Positions 35,702-50,200 of a stretch of DNA of 64,000 nt are shown here, piece by piece. How positions within the stretch are numbered: position 1 is the first letter of the stretch; each line of letters opens with the position of its first letter. The notes under the pieces are model-generated. The model ran no database searches. It worked only from the letters and a program-made list of their open reading frames with translations, and had not been told where the DNA came from. The translations under genes were made by a program, and so were the position numbers. Source of the stretch: Pavona decussata (Eukaryota); contig CDRNST010000056.1 in the NCBI GenBank assembly GCA_977016875.1, positions 2,356,001 through 2,420,000 on the forward strand. The letters run 5' to 3'.

Positions 35702-37974
35702 AGGAAATACTGTGTCACTGAAAACAACACCAAGAATCCTTCAAGCTTTAAAACCTACAAGGAAAACCAAAACTTCAACTACTGTCAGACAATGCTTCCA
35801 CTTAGTGCCCTCCTAATTATCCAATTATAATCACCCCTGTTCTAACAAGTGTTTCTCCTAGAGTGTCACTTTATTAAGATGCTCCCCTACTATCACCCCC
35901 TTCCAACAAGTAAGTTACCTCTGATAATAAGCATCCCCTACTGTATGGCATCATAAGATGAACCACTGTCATTCAGCTTCCTTTAATTGACGTGAATTAT
36001 ATTTAACTATTATCCTCCAAAAGCAGGTGGAATATCCCAATACTTATAGCTGAGGAAGCTGACCAAGTTGGTTAAAATCAGGGAAAATTCTGCTAGATTG
36101 AGCAGGATAATTATTTTATTATTCAACACAGATAATATTCACGCAGATAATACTCTGAGGTTGTTACTAATAATATTGTTTTAAAAGGGCTCTGCCATTT
36201 TTCTGCCAGACACATGAAATTATGTATTTGGCAGGACATCCTGTTGTGCATGGACGACAAATGTTGAGTGCACCATGACCATATTTGGGCAGTGTTACAA
36301 TGTGTTGAATAATAAATTGTAATATCTTATCTGAAAGTAACATTATTTTTGAAGATATTAACTGACTTAGCAAAGACAAGTGAATGCTAGTCTTACTTGC
36401 TCTTAATTTGTTACAATTCATACTCTGATGTTTAAAAAAAGCATCCCATCCCCAAATAATTAAATTGAACTCCCTTTCCAATAAGTGCCCACCCTTGGGC
36501 TATACCAAGGGAGAAATAGTGCCCAGTAGGCAGTTGCTAAAAATTGAATCATTATGATAATCCATCAATTAATCGCTGAATTTTAATAACTAGCAATAAC
36601 AAAAAGTTTATTTAATTGTCACAGTTTTACTCATGCCAGTTAGTGTTCATTAAGTGCAACAGTCTGTTTGCCATAAGAATTAAATTTATGTGATTTTGTA
36701 GCCAGCAATAAAAATGTGTGAATAACAATGAGTTAACTGTATGTGAAAATAATATTTATTTATTTAGTTATGTGATAATTTTGATTTGATTCATTTGCTA
36801 CTTAGTACAATTTACAACAGGAAGCAATAGTAAAATGACAAAAAAGTGATAAAATAATACAATCAAATGAGTAACAAAACAGCTACAGTAGGAAAATGAC
36901 TTGTGGCAGGGAAATCTTGAAGAAGCTGAGACTGAGTGTATTTATTAAATCCCCTCTCTAACAACATCACTCTCTGGTCGTGATTTAACTGGCTAAAAAT
37001 TAATTAATTAGTGCTCTTTTCATTGTATAAACATTATACTAACAATAAATCTACAAAATCTGTTCAACCTATCTTGACTAATGATTATTAACTTGCATAA
37101 TTGACAGGATAATAATCATTATTCAATCCATTTACCAATGGTCAAGCTGCTCAGCTTGTATTATGTGAATACAAAAATTAGACCCTGAACCATTGCATTT
37201 GCAGGGCTGTGTGATTGCGTATTAACACAAGATTTTCTAGTTTCAAAACCCACAATTACAATATGGCCCAAGAGAAACAAGATGAAAATGATGTGGTGGG
37301 CAGTGGAAGGTAAATGTAATAAAATGTATGTTGGAGTAAAGCCGGATTACTAATGGGATGCAAGTCTTGCAAAGTCAATTTTGCAACTTCATAATAAAGG
37401 CAGGACATCTGTGAAATAGACCCAGTGTATACTCAACCAGTGCTTGTGTAGAATTCTAAGATTTAATCCACTATCTTGCCAGAAACCATCAGCAACAAAG
37501 ATATGTGGCATTTGCTTGCTTGCTGGCCTGTGAGAAAGGTCATTTTCCTTGCCTTATTTTCAAGCCTTTTTCCCTCTCCGCCCTCTCTTTGGTATTCAGT
37601 TAGTATCGGGTTTGGTAAGTATTCCACTGATTGGGTTCAGTGTGACGGTGCCTTTGGTTGTGGCTGCTTGCAGCGTTGTCAAGGATACATCCTTCCCCAA
37701 GCCTGATTGCTGCCCAGCTCCACCAACCTTTAAGGCACCAGCTCCCAAGCTCATCTATTTTTCAGTTGATGAGTTTAACAAGACTTATAGGACAGAACAA
37801 AGTGAGAAGGAGAGGAAAGTGGCTTTGCCACAGTCATGCTATGGAAAACTCAACTGAATGTCTTGCATCATATCCATAAAAGAACCCTCAAGTCCACAGG
37901 AAGACCATGCAACAGCTGAGGGTATGAGTTTTACAGGATATGAAGAAGTCTGAGTGGGCATACCTGAACACAGA

Positions 37975-40410
37975 TAACCTGCAATCAGGCGTTCTTTTTT
38001 TCTGGGAGCAAGAAAGTGTGGCAGCGCGGGAGTTGGCGGTCGGGAGATTGGATGAAAAATTGGTTGAAAAACAAAAGATCCTTTCAGCACGTTCCAACTG
38101 GTTACATGATCGCATGTTTGATTTCCGGTGTAATTTCAAAATTATGGCTACAGCCGAGGGAGATGTGATCAGCGAATTTTCCACTGCTCTTACTTCATCT
38201 CTTTACGACTTAGTTCATCCATTCCACAAATTGTTAAAGGGTGAGCAGACAGCATGCATCTGAAGGATCGTTTGCTTAGTAAAAAGATGTTTTAGCTGCC
38301 ATACTTCCAACGGGCCGGAGACAGGGAACGTCAACCGACAATTTGTTTACAGCAGTGCTGAACAATGGCTGAGTGATCAATAGAGAAAGGCGTTTAATAC
38401 GTACAGTGTGGCAATCTTCACCAGGCAAAGGTTTTGGCAGTCGATGAAGTTCACACAGTCGCAACCTGGTAAGTTTAATACAACCTTGTTCCCAGGGTCT
38501 CTCCTCTTCACGTCCCAGGGAGCGAGAGAGGAGAGACCCTGGTTGGGTCTGGTCATGTGTCTCCCAGAGAAAAATTAGACCCAGGGAGGGGTCCTTCACT
38601 AGCTACTTATTGTCAAGATTTATTTTCCACTCCAAAACCAGACTTCCGCTTTGCCCACACGAATCTCATTCAACTGGCTATGTTTTTCAGTAGTCTTCAT
38701 TTTGCGTGTCATTGTAACATTAATCGGCTTAAAGCTTAACAAAGTCCGTTGTCTTGAGGCGCTGTACTTTGGAAAATCACTGTGTATATAAACGACAAAA
38801 TTAACAGTGGACGAACACTCACTCGCCTTCCCCTTCAATTCATGGAGTTGTAATTGTGGTTTATTCTAGCTTTGAATGCGCTGATGAAAGATCAAATCTG
38901 AAGAACTAAGGAAGGAAACTTGAAAGGAATCGGGTCGATGTCCAGCTGTTCTGAAAGGTCATTCTGCAGCAGCTATGCTGCTAACAGAGAGTTTCATTCT
39001 GGAAAATCTTTTAGCATAAGCGCAGTCGTTTGCGTCTCTGGTATTTAGCATCGTTGGTTTGTTTACGTCCGCTTTTCTCTCGGGACGTAAACAAACCAAC
39101 GATGTGTAATACTAGAGACGCGAACGACCACGCTCGTGCTAAAAGATTTGCCAGAAAGAAACGCTCTGTTAGCAGGGTTGCAGCAACAAACAATACACAG
39201 GAAATAGCACATAAGCAGAACACTTTCGGAAGGAGGATGGACGGTGTTACAACATGTATACGGTAAATTTTTCACGGATCTTTCAATGAACAAAGAAAAC
39301 CCTTTTGAAATACTGTAATCGTTGCAAAATAATAACGAAATAACCTTTGTTCCAGTTGATGGCTTTAAAGTGAAATTTAGTCCGCTGCTACAATGGCTTC
39401 GAGATACATTTCCGGTCACGTTTGATTCTTTCCTGGCTGTCAAATGTGGCCCGGAAGACGACTTCTCGATGGCCAGCTTGACTTAAACGATGCCTGACTT
39501 TCAGAGATCGTGGACTTGACGACTCTAAAAGTAAATGTGGCAAAAAAATTCACTTCGTGGAAGTGCGTCACCGTAAAGCTCTTCGGCTGCCACTAGTAAT
39601 TTGCTGTATCTTCAACTGATTTACAAAGTCGATAGCAGCTCACATTCACAGATTCACTTGCTTTATTTACCTTTATAGGGGTTTCTGAATGACCACTTGA
39701 CAAGACCTTTGAAACACACGCAAATCGCAAGTTGACTTGACTGGGGCATGTTTTCCCATCTCCGGTACACTTAGTATAGGCAAACTGACACTCAACTGCC
39801 CCTCTCTCAAGTCATTTATTTGTAATCTCCCAGATTCTTGGAGACACGTGACCAGACCCAACCAGGGTCTCTCCTCTATCGCTCCCTGGGACGTGAAGAG
39901 GAGAGACCCTGGGAACGAGGTTGAGTTTAATACCGCATGATAATGTCAACGTTCGCGCTGAAGTTTTTCATGCTTGCAAGGAATGAAGCTGAAGAATTTA
40001 AGATGTTGAAGCATGAAGTTGACTGTCTCCTTGATTTATCCCTAAAAGTTAGGAAAATATTAATTTCGAGAGCTCAGCTGTCTCTTTTCGTCTTAGAGAA
40101 TGTTATTGTATAGTTTGGGAATTTTAGAATTAGCATTTAAAATCATTGATTTTTTTTGTTTTGGAGTGTTCAAATGTATTTTTAACATTTTGAGAATTAG
40201 CGCCCAAGCTGTATTCATTTCCAGTAAAATCTGATTGGCTGACATTAAAAGCATGACACAAGATAACATCACGTAGTAAACAAGGGGCGAAAGATGACTC
40301 GTGCAGTAATTGCATCAGGCATTGTTTTTTTCTTCCCTTCTCCCGACCGCTGACTCTCGCGCTGCCACACTTTCGCACTCCCAGAAAAAAGAATGCCTGA
40401 TCGCAAGTTA
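37975..40410 (+). mobile_element. AcademH-like non-autonomous element with RecQ-helicase-like remnant, 9-bp TSD
   Basis: TSD GAACACAGA at 37966-37974 and 40411-40419. TIR TAACCTGC.ATCAGGC.TTCTTTTTT. Remnant LKGEQTACI...KDVLAAILPTG at ~38235-38315. Confidence 0.78.
38481..39923. mobile_element. CAACCTCGTTCCCAGGGTCTCT-TIR element nested in the previous one, 9-bp TSD
   Basis: TSD AGTTTAATA at 38472-38480 and 39924-39932. ~90-bp TIRs, each containing its own hairpin. Confidence 0.9.
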
Positions 40411-43400
40411 GAACACAGACAGAGAACAATATCCTTGGTGATAGTAAAAGTGGTAGTAAAAGTTGTACATATTTTAAAATAAGCAAAAAAAAAAAAACAT
40501 ATCATAAAGCTCTGAATGTAAAGCCCGTCTGAAAAATAAGTCAACCGTAAACTAATAAGTTCCGGACAAATATCATCTCAGACCAAAAAACCCTGCTGAA
40601 TTGAAAATCCAGAGCTGACTAGCACCCAAATATATTTACAATTATTCAGGGAGCATTACGTTGTAGGGTTAGTGTAGCTGTTTTAACCTTTAGCCTTACT
40701 TAAGTGTTTTAAATATCTGAAGGCCATGAAAATTCACTCTAATCAACAACAAGCACAACCCCCCTCCCCGTGCTCCTTTACCACCAGCTGAAAACAAATT
40801 CTCCCTAGATCTATACCCTTATTAATTTAAAACAAGATAATTTGAACAAATATGAGCATCAGGCATATACGCTGTATTCAGAATTTTAACGTACACTATG
40901 CACAGGACAAAATTATGCCGTGACTGTATAATTTTTTTTATAACCAAGGAGTCTGATAGTCGCAACTATAAAACATGATGGACAGTTTGTGCGACGAAAA
41001 GCCCCGAAACCCATTAAAAAAGTGCACTGTCAAAATCTTTTAATTAACAAAGCTGTCAACTCACGTCTCTATGCATATGGAGGCTTTAGTTTGACAATGG
41101 ATATATTTATTTAATAAAGACCACATGAATGTTGCTTATTTGAAGATGCAGGTACTTTGCTTCTTAATTGCCAAAGATAATGCGTAGACACCAGTAACTA
41201 GTCTGAGCGGAAACCTCATCAAAGATGATTTTTCTAACTTATTATGAGCAGTAAGCTAGAACTTTGACGAGTGTACAATCAAATTAAAGCATCTAGCTTT
41301 CTCTAACATCTTTAAAAAAATTTTCAAGTATCGATAGAGTATCAATTGAGCAAGTTTCCGAGCTCATAGAATTTTAATAAACTGAGTTCCATTTATGTTA
41401 TATGTTATTAATCTTTTATCCTTAATTGGCACAGATGAAGGTGTATTTTGTGAGTGACTGAACAAATTTCATAATATTTGGCTGACAGACATTACAGACA
41501 GATTCGAACTAAATGCAAATTTTCATGAGTGAATTTGCATCCATGATCCCCTTGCGGATATTTGTCGCCTGTTGTGCAAATAACAATAAAATCGGTTTAT
41601 TGAAGATCCGGAGTAACCATGGAATCCACGTCAAAATAGCAACAAAATAAAGTTTGTTAATTATAAACTTGACATGACCTAAAGATAGCTGTCGATTGCC
41701 AAGGAAAGATTGCCGTAAAAGCGACTCGTTGCCATCAGGATTAAAGAAAACCTTCGCGTGCTCAATACTAAGAGATCGCAAACACAACCACAATATTATA
41801 AATGATGTATACACACAAACTGCTCATTGAGAAGAACAGTGGATTGTTTATCTGCTCAAATATGTACATTATTCATCGTCATGCAGTAAAAGCTTAATCT
41901 TTATGTTTAAACGTATAAAACCAAGAGCTTAAGGCTTACCTTATACTAGAAACAGCGCAACTTTTCCAACCGCAGCTAAAGAATACCGGAGCAAAAATAT
42001 CCACTTGTGAATCCCATCAACTTCAGAAAACACAAAGCGAAATCGTTAAGCCCAATTCAATAAGTACATGCACACGGTCAATTATCAAGTCGGACTGCCA
42101 GCAGAGAAAGGCTATGGTTTTAGCACCAATTTCACGAAATGTTGTTAATTTTGTGGCTGTCTTTACGCCAAGAGAAAGGGAGATTCTTCTGAAACGAGCA
42201 AATGACGTTCATCTGCAACGGATCTAAATTTCGTGAGGCGGAACTTGACCGGTGCCGTCAAGGCCGTCGTGCGAATGAAATTTTCGTAATCAGTTTTCGT
42301 AATCACTTCAGTGTGGAGGAACTGGTGACTAATATAATGTGCGGTACCCCTCCCCCACCAATGCGTTTCTTGTTGCCATAAAAAAATATTCAAAAAAAAA
42401 AATTAATTATCGCGTTTCGCCTCCTGGTTTAAAAAAATATTCGGTTTTTTTTCTACAACAAGTAACAATTAGCGTCATGACATCGACGCTATCATAATCT
42501 TGAGCGCAATACCCGAGGCATGATCACAATAGCTGTCTGAAGCCGGGTCACCTGTGTGTGTTTGTAGGGGGGGGGGGGGGGAGGGGGGCATAGCCAAGTT
42601 ATTTTTTTTGTTTTGTTTATTTCACTACACACGTTCCAAAAAAAATAAATTTATAAAATAAAATTAAAAAATAATAATAATAATAATAAAAAAGAACTTC
42701 GATCCCTTACCCTATGGCCAATTGATCATGGTGCTGCTCATGTATGTTCGGATTGAAATCAATTTACAGTTGCTTTTTGCTGCAATACTGGTGAGAGTTT
42801 TCATTGAACGAAAGACTAGACGGCTGAGGGCCTGTGGCCGGTGTGTATACCGGCTTGCGATCGATAAGGGAGTGATCGCTCGAGAGTCCCTCTCAGTTTC
42901 TCTTTACTCAATCATAGATGGCGCAGTTCTGGATACCGAGAAGTACTTTAGAATTGCTGGTGATAGTTCGGTGGGGAAGTGAGGGAGTGGAGCGGGGAGG
43001 GAAGTGGGGGTTTGGAGAGGAAGGAGGGTGGCGGGATATCGATTCCAGGGGGAGTGCGGCGGGTAGTCTATAAGCCGAGGAAAGAGTGGATGTGAAGTGT
43101 AGTGTTCCATAATGTTCTATATTGTGTGGTCAAAGTAAAATGACATACTACTGACTGGAAATAGCGTATGTGATTGCCCATAATTAGTGCTCCAGATATA
43201 AGACCATATAAGTGAGCTTTGTAGTTTAGTATTCAAGATGAAAAGGTTTCATTTGTCCTTGTGCCTTTTTGAGCTATTTTGTAATCGAGTCACTTGTTGA
43301 TAGTTTGCGCTATTTATATTTTCATTGATACCGAAAGATTTCAAACTTTATGTGGGCAAAATACCTCTTACATGGATCTATCTAAATATAACATATACCA

Positions 43401-43656
43401 ACCAATACGAAATAAACCGATATTCTTAGGATTAGAATAACGGAGATCCCACTTGGGAAAAGCGAAACCTCACGGAATTAAGAACAGACAGCACAAGAAT
43501 GTGCTGACGCTGCGCCCCAAATTCCCAATATTGATTTGTCATCAACCACGAAATAAAAATGCGATAAGGTACTCAGGGTCTCCCTCCCACGCGCACAGTC
43601 GTGACCTTCTCCACGCTTCAAGCCCCACAAAAATGACTGCGTGGGAGGTTAACTAA

Positions 43657-45126
43657 GGCAGCGTTTTTACACGAACGAGGTTTCAGATCGTCATGGCTTC
43701 ATGCCCTTGAAACCGCATAGAAAAGGATGTGGTTTCAAAGCGTTTCACACGGCGCTAATTCTCGGTTTTCACTGTCACGCCATTGAAAAAAAAAATCGAA
43801 ACCATTCCATGAATAAAGTCAAGAAATTGACTTGGTATAGAGGATAAATAAACAAGGCATCTGTCCAAGTCTGAGGTCTGTGCGGCATTCCGTACTCGAG
43901 TTATTTGACAAAATGTTCCACATAAATTTATAGAGCTTAGTATGGAGACGCCATGTTTGTGTCCCTCTGAGGGGCACAAACATGGCGGCCGGAAATACGA
44001 AAAAACATCTGGAGTTCACTTTTGCCCGAAAAGAGGTTAGTTTGCCCTTGTGAATTTTGGAATGTTTAGATTAATATTTCTCCTCAAACTTAAATTGTTT
44101 AGAATGCTGAAAATCACCCGAAGAGTCATTCTTAAGATACGGAAAAGCTCTGTCACAGCCGGTCCTCCTTATGTCACGCACGATGGAAACTCGGAAATTG
44201 AAACTGTTCTATTTTCAAAAGGAAGCACGACATGGAGCTAAGAAATTGTGAACAGACATATTTTTAGGTAATCTTTCCTTGAATGAAGGTAAAAATTTTG
44301 TAGGCCTCCCAGTTTTGAATTCTAGAATTTGGTGACGTCACGTGAAAACCGAGAATATCTCCGTTTTCAATTGCTCACGTTATGCAAAACTCGCTCCCAG
44401 GCTTTCATTATTGAGGAAGGGGATCTGGGTTCGATAATTACTCCGCTATTTTGTTTGGTCGTCATGGCGAAAAATAGCGCACAGTTCACATGTACTGACG
44501 ACAAAGCAGAACTCCTGTTGAAAGTTTGAAAGTAACTAACGAGTACAAAGTAGTTAAAGTCAGTAAAGCCAGTGCTGCACTCCGTGTATACCTGCCAATT
44601 GAACTCTCACGGATTATGCTTGAGCCTCACTGACCTGCGGACTAAAGACATCGATCTCACGCATCAAGGACAAAAGCTTTCAAACGTCTACAACTGATCC
44701 GTTTGAATCGTAAGTGTTCAAAAGTCAAAAGTCCTGAAAGTCGTCGGAATATCTTCAGACATTTTCGGCATCTTTCGAAAGTCTTCGGAAAATCATCGGA
44801 AATCTTCGGAAGTGGCTCAGACGTTTTCGGAAATCCCGGTCATGACGCGACAAAAATCTCACGCGTTTGACTCAGAAAAAGTTGGCAGGTATACGAGGTT
44901 CACCATTTTGAATCTTAGCGCCCAAGTGAAATTTCGCGACAAAATAGTAACCGTATTCAAATCGATGCGGTTAACCGTATCGTTTTGAAAACGCTTCACT
45001 TTTGTCAGCGTTTTAGAATCGACACGGTTTCGGTAACGGTCTCGACCGGCGTCCTGTAAACAGAAGGTTTAACCGCATAGAAAGAGATGCGGTTACAAAT
45101 GAAACCGCGTTCGTGTAAACGCTGCC
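43657..45126. mobile_element. Harbinger-like non-autonomous element carrying two nested MITEs (~43758-44356 and ~44588-44892)
   Basis: GGCAGCGTTT..ACACGAACG.GGTTTCA TIRs with TAA/TCA flanks. Nested TIR pairs are ATTCTCGGTTTTCAC and ATACCTGCCAA. Confidence 0.72.
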
Positions 45127-47018
45127 TCATGGTCTACAGGAGTTCGAATGATCTCTCGTTGCTGACTAAATACAAAACGTTCCTGCTTTGTACAATAATG
45201 TGTCGATCACACGGCTCCTCAGTGCCAGAGTCAGTGCCGTCAGTTACGCCATATCCGTTGCAAAATTTAGGGCAACGAATTTACTTCGGAAAGCGAAGTT
45301 TTCTCCACTTAAACTTCTGAGCCCCTAGTCATTTGGCCCGCAGTATGTGCAAGTAAAACTGTCCAACTGAAGACGGCGGCGACGCCGGCTTGAAGGGTTT
45401 TTTTGGCTAACCAGAGTGAGGCACTCCAAGAAAACAGTTTCTTATACAATCAAATACAACTCCTTTAAATCCTGTGATATTTTGTAATATTTCGCAACAG
45501 TGACAGCTCAAACAGCAGAGTCACCGGACGGAAAAGGGGGCGAGAATTGGGGATACATGACGCGGAAAGTTAGTACCCCTGTCCCTCGTGTCTCCGGCTC
45601 ACCCCCGCTTCTCCTCCCCCCACCCCCAACCATCCCCGCCAAAAAAAAAAAGTAATAACATAGAGAGAGGGTGACCAGTCTCCTTAGCAACCAACCTCGT
45701 TCCGAAAGGGGAAAGACCCTGGGAACGAGGTTGCTTAGAAAACATGTTTAGCGCGAAACACGAGGAGAGGGAACTATTGCCAAACCGGCAGAGATAATGA
45801 GACGCCAAACGCCTTTCTGCAGTCTAAGCTCGAGCTCACGCCTACGTTTTCGTTTTATAAAATATTTTTATCCACCTGCGGTAGCATTGATTCGTGTCCT
45901 TTCCTCCTCGGCTGGAATTTATCAACAGTGCAGACTCGTTTTAATTTCATAACTCATGCGGTCGATTGTAAACGACCTCAAATAATCCAGAAGAGTTCCC
46001 TATCACGTGTCCTTATAGTAATACGCTTTCACAAATGGACGATGCGCTTAGGCGTTTTCAAAATTCTATGCTTTTAAAATATTCAGCTTTCAAAGGGTTC
46101 TGTTTCCAGAAAGTGTTAAGTGCATCTACGGTCAGAGTTCACTTTTCAGTTTGGTTCATCAACCGAAATGGCCCTTAGTAAGTGCATGTATAGAAGGTCT
46201 AAGCGTTCACGAGCTTTGTCCATCAATTCCACCCCAAACGTACGGAGCCCTGTTTACATCGTAAAGATAGAGGTAATGTTGGGACATCAAAAGATTCAAG
46301 AAGTGAAATTTATCTATTCAGTTTAATTTAATTGCCCACTGTAAGTTTAACCTACGTAAACTGTAAGAATGCGATACAAAATCTACAAGTTTAGAAGTTC
46401 TTTTTAAAAAAAATTAAAACCTCTGTCGGCAGGAAAAGGTTTCTGGTCCAACACACAGTGCACATAGTTCTTCGCGTATATCAACAAACAAGTACAATCA
46501 AGTTTAGAGTACCGAAAAAAATTACGCTTTTGCTTAAGTTTTTTCTTTACTACGCTCCGTGATTGGTTAAAACAAAAAAACTCGCACCATTTTCTCAACC
46601 AGTGCCGAAAAAGAAAGACCAAAACTGACCAATCGTGTTTTGGCCGCACGCGTTTTCCCGCGCTTGGCGCCGGTAACATGTATTTAGTTCGAATTCTGAT
46701 TGGGTTCATTGCGCTGTTTACGTCTGTTGTAATTGACTAGAGTAATTTTAATTTGTTTTTTCCGATTTTACGTTACTCAGTTGAAAAACCCTCACATTTT
46801 CTCCTGGTATATATTCTTTGGTTGCATCCAGTTCAAATCAGATAAGCTACAGAGAAACATTTTACAGCGAGCTGCAATTAAAACTCGGTAGACATGCTCC
46901 CAAAACGACCTTTGACTAGGAATGTAACAAAGATTATTTTCGAACATCGAAATTTACTTAAGATGATTAAGACAGTTAAACAAAAAACGAGCTGCGTTTA
47001 TACGACTTTTAAGGCTAC

Positions 47019-47285
47019 TCAGTACCCGGCGGCCCAGCCGTACTTCCTGGGGTCGGATTTTCCCGTCAGCGTGCCATCGTTGTTCCTAGCAACGGCCTGA
47101 ACCACAGCGAAGCCGCTGATGTTCCTGACCTCGTGCCCAAGCCCCTTCAGTCCTGTTTGGATGGCCAGGGGCATCTGATAATCTTTGTCGATGCGAATGT
47201 ACATTGGCAACAGTTGATGGTGCAACCTGGGTTCCACTACAGCTTGCGACAATGTTCGGTTGAACCACAGGTAGCTCATCATGAC
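47019..47285 (-). CDS. GGT: GGT last exon
   Basis: VMMSYLWF...PRLHHQL...SDPRKYGWAAGY*. AG acceptor at 47286-47287. Confidence 0.92.
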   Translation of the reverse strand, partial: VMMSYLWFNRTLSQAVVEPRLHHQLLPMYIRIDKDYQMPLAIQTGLKGLGHEVRNISGFAVVQAVARNNDGTLTGKSDPRKYGWAAGY

Positions 47286-50200
47286 CTAGAAGACGCACTA
47301 TTGTTAACAATTCACTGATTTAGGAAAAAAAAAAGCGTCGATCAGTTTGATGTGTTAAGCTGGAGGGGGAGGGGAGGGAGAAGTATGCTTGTGTGGCAAG
47401 AGAGGATGATCATCCTCTCTTGTTGTGTGGTGCTTTGTGGATTTGCACCCGGGGTTCTCTAAAACATGACCAATATGGTTCATTCTCCATACCCAGTTTT
47501 AGCACTGATGTCACCTAGCTAAAGCACAAAACACACTTAAAGTTTATAACGTTAAATGATAAATCTTGCTCATTTCTCTTTCTCTCTTTATTTCTACTGC
47601 GTTAGACTGAAGGAACCATAGCAATACCCAGTTTCAAGCCCGAATTCGCCAGCTAAAACGAAAATTCGCACTTTACAATGCTGCATCTCTCGTTCTACCT
47701 TATCTCCTTTGACTAATGGAAAGAAATAGACTCGCCCCTATACTTTCTCGCTATTCCCTTCAAGCCATAACGTGAAAAATTTCAACCTTAAAACCACCGA
47801 GTTCAACTATTTCCACTATAAAGGAAACAGAAAAAGAGAAATCAAAACATTCAAAGTTGCTATCAGTTTTTTTTTTTCGGGAAATTGAAGAAGATAGTTG
47901 GCAACTTCCAAAATCTCGTCAGTCACTTTTCGTTGGTTGTTTCAAGTGGGTCGTCACTTCAAGGAATTTTTATTAGTGAACCTATTTACCGTGTCATCTT
48001 ACCAAGGAAATAGCGGTTGTTATTTTAGTTCCTCCAGAGGCTCCGATAACTAACCGAGCCACACCATCCTTGTCCAAAAATATCGCGGGTGCGGTTGAAG
48101 ATTGGGGCCGTTTTCCAGGGTATATCATGTTGGACTCTGAGGGTTCTACACCATACGCGTTTTTCTTTCCCGGAATTGAAAAGTCGTCCATTTCATTGTT
48201 GTAGATTATTCCGGTACGAGTAGATCGATACTTTGATCCAAAGCTGACAATAAAAATCATGAAAATTTTAATACGATTCAGACTTCTACAACACTGAAAA
48301 TTGGATTTTATTATCGCCTATTTTTGAGTATAAATTTTCTGCGCACCGCCATTTTGGATTCCATGGGGTCATATGGTTGCTCTTCTCGGCTCGGTTGCAA
48401 AGACTTCTTGAGATAAATGGGAGTTTACTTCTGTAGGTTAATTGTTCTCTGCTTTCCGAAGGATTACCTAGCGTCCTATATGAGTTTCCTCTCCTAAGCG
48501 TTCGAGAATCCTTCGGAACGTTAACGCGGAAAATGGTTGTGGAAAACACCCACTTATCTTGAGATGTTTATACAACCTTCACCTTTTTCTAGCAATTTAA
48601 CGTCAATTTGTTGTTATAGAGGTTCCTTTCAAAGATCAAAATCCTACACAGTTAAGTGTTGACAACTTCGCAACACCCGTCATACTTACAAGAGATTTAT
48701 CGTCGTGGTTGCAGAAACAGCGTCTCCGTTCTCAGCGATGACTGACAAGTGCGAGGTTCCTTCATGGCTAGAGTTGTGATAATAATCGCCATAGTGCTTG
48801 TAATCTGTAAAAGTCATATTGTCCAAAATCTTCTGGCGTAATGACTCGGCAAATTCTGGGTTGGTCATGTTCTTGACAATCTACAACAAGCCATTGAAGT
48901 TGAGTACTTAAAAATTAGATATGATTATCGCCTATTTTGGTTCTTAATCGCCATGTTGGAATTCATGACATCATACGGTTGCTCAGTTGTTTCACACAAA
49001 GCGGGAACCTTATGACGTCATAAAATCCAAAATGGTGGTACACGAGAAATTTAACAGCGAAAACAGGTGATGGTCATATCTAATTATTAGCACACTTGAA
49101 TGATATTTCTACTTTTCAAACTAAAATTTAGAATTTAGACAGAGAGAGATTTAGAATGATCACGAAACCGCGGTTTAACCTATTTTTGCCGCTCGCTGTT
49201 TTTTGTTTCTAGGTAAAATTGAGTAGTTTTGCGTTAGCATCAAAAATCAAAATTATTTTTCACTTTTCTCATTATTTTCAACAGTTAAAGTCAATTTGTT
49301 GCCAGCGGTACCAGCTTTTAAGGTCTACTATAACCAGTCATTGATAGTAATCATCACTAATTCCTCCTTACAATAGAGCGGTTTCCAATTGAGTGTCGTA
49401 AAACCAAAACCAAAGTAATTACTTTGGCCAATCGCAACAGATGTAAACAACACAACGAACCAATCAGAATTCGAAGCAAATACATGTGACTGGTGCCAAG
49501 CGCGGGAAAACGCGTGCGGCCAAAACACGATTGGTTTTGGTTTGGATTCCCATTAGTTGAGGAAGTGGCGGGAGTTTTGTTAACCAATCACGGAGCGTAG
49601 TAATGCAAAACCAAAGCAAACGCGAAATTACTTTCGTCACTCAATTGAAAACCGCTCTATGGCAGTACTTCATCAAATGTGTAGGTTGTGAAAAATGATC
49701 ACCAAAGATAAAATGGTTCGATTTAAAATAAATTCTCCCAACTAGTGCATAAGAAATAAATAGAAAACAGTGTGGAGAAAATGTATGCTGATATTGGGGC
49801 TGAGCTCTGGCCCCTGCCACCACCATTAAAAACTGCTGAGGAATCGTTGTTACCTCGGTGACATTAGCAAAGTCCTGGTCTCCCAGTAAAGCTCTGTAGG
49901 CGTACGCAAACTTGAACGCCTCCACTATACGGTGGTATGTCAAGGTGGAGTTTTTTGTCCCTTCTCGGTCTGAAGGCTTCATGTTGTAACCTTAAGGATA
50001 TTAAATAAATGAATAAATAAACGAAGATAAATCAGTGAAGTAATGGAATGCTGACAAGGACAACAACAAAAACTAACGAAAATATCTGCCTAAAAGACAT
50101 AAATTATGGTATAATAAACACAACAAATTAAAGAATTTGTTTAAGTGAATTCGGCCCCAAACAAGAGATAAGTTGTTGAGCAACTGTCCATACGAATTTT

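Noticed and set aside
37476-37879. GC-richer stretch with overlapping ~100-aa ORFs in the region upstream of the MGCGSS start exon
   Set aside because: No recognisable domain or consistent splice sites. Possibly an old repeat remnant, but it cannot be supported.
42720-43110. Possible retroelement fragment
   Set aside because: No diagnostic RT or endonuclease motif could be read.
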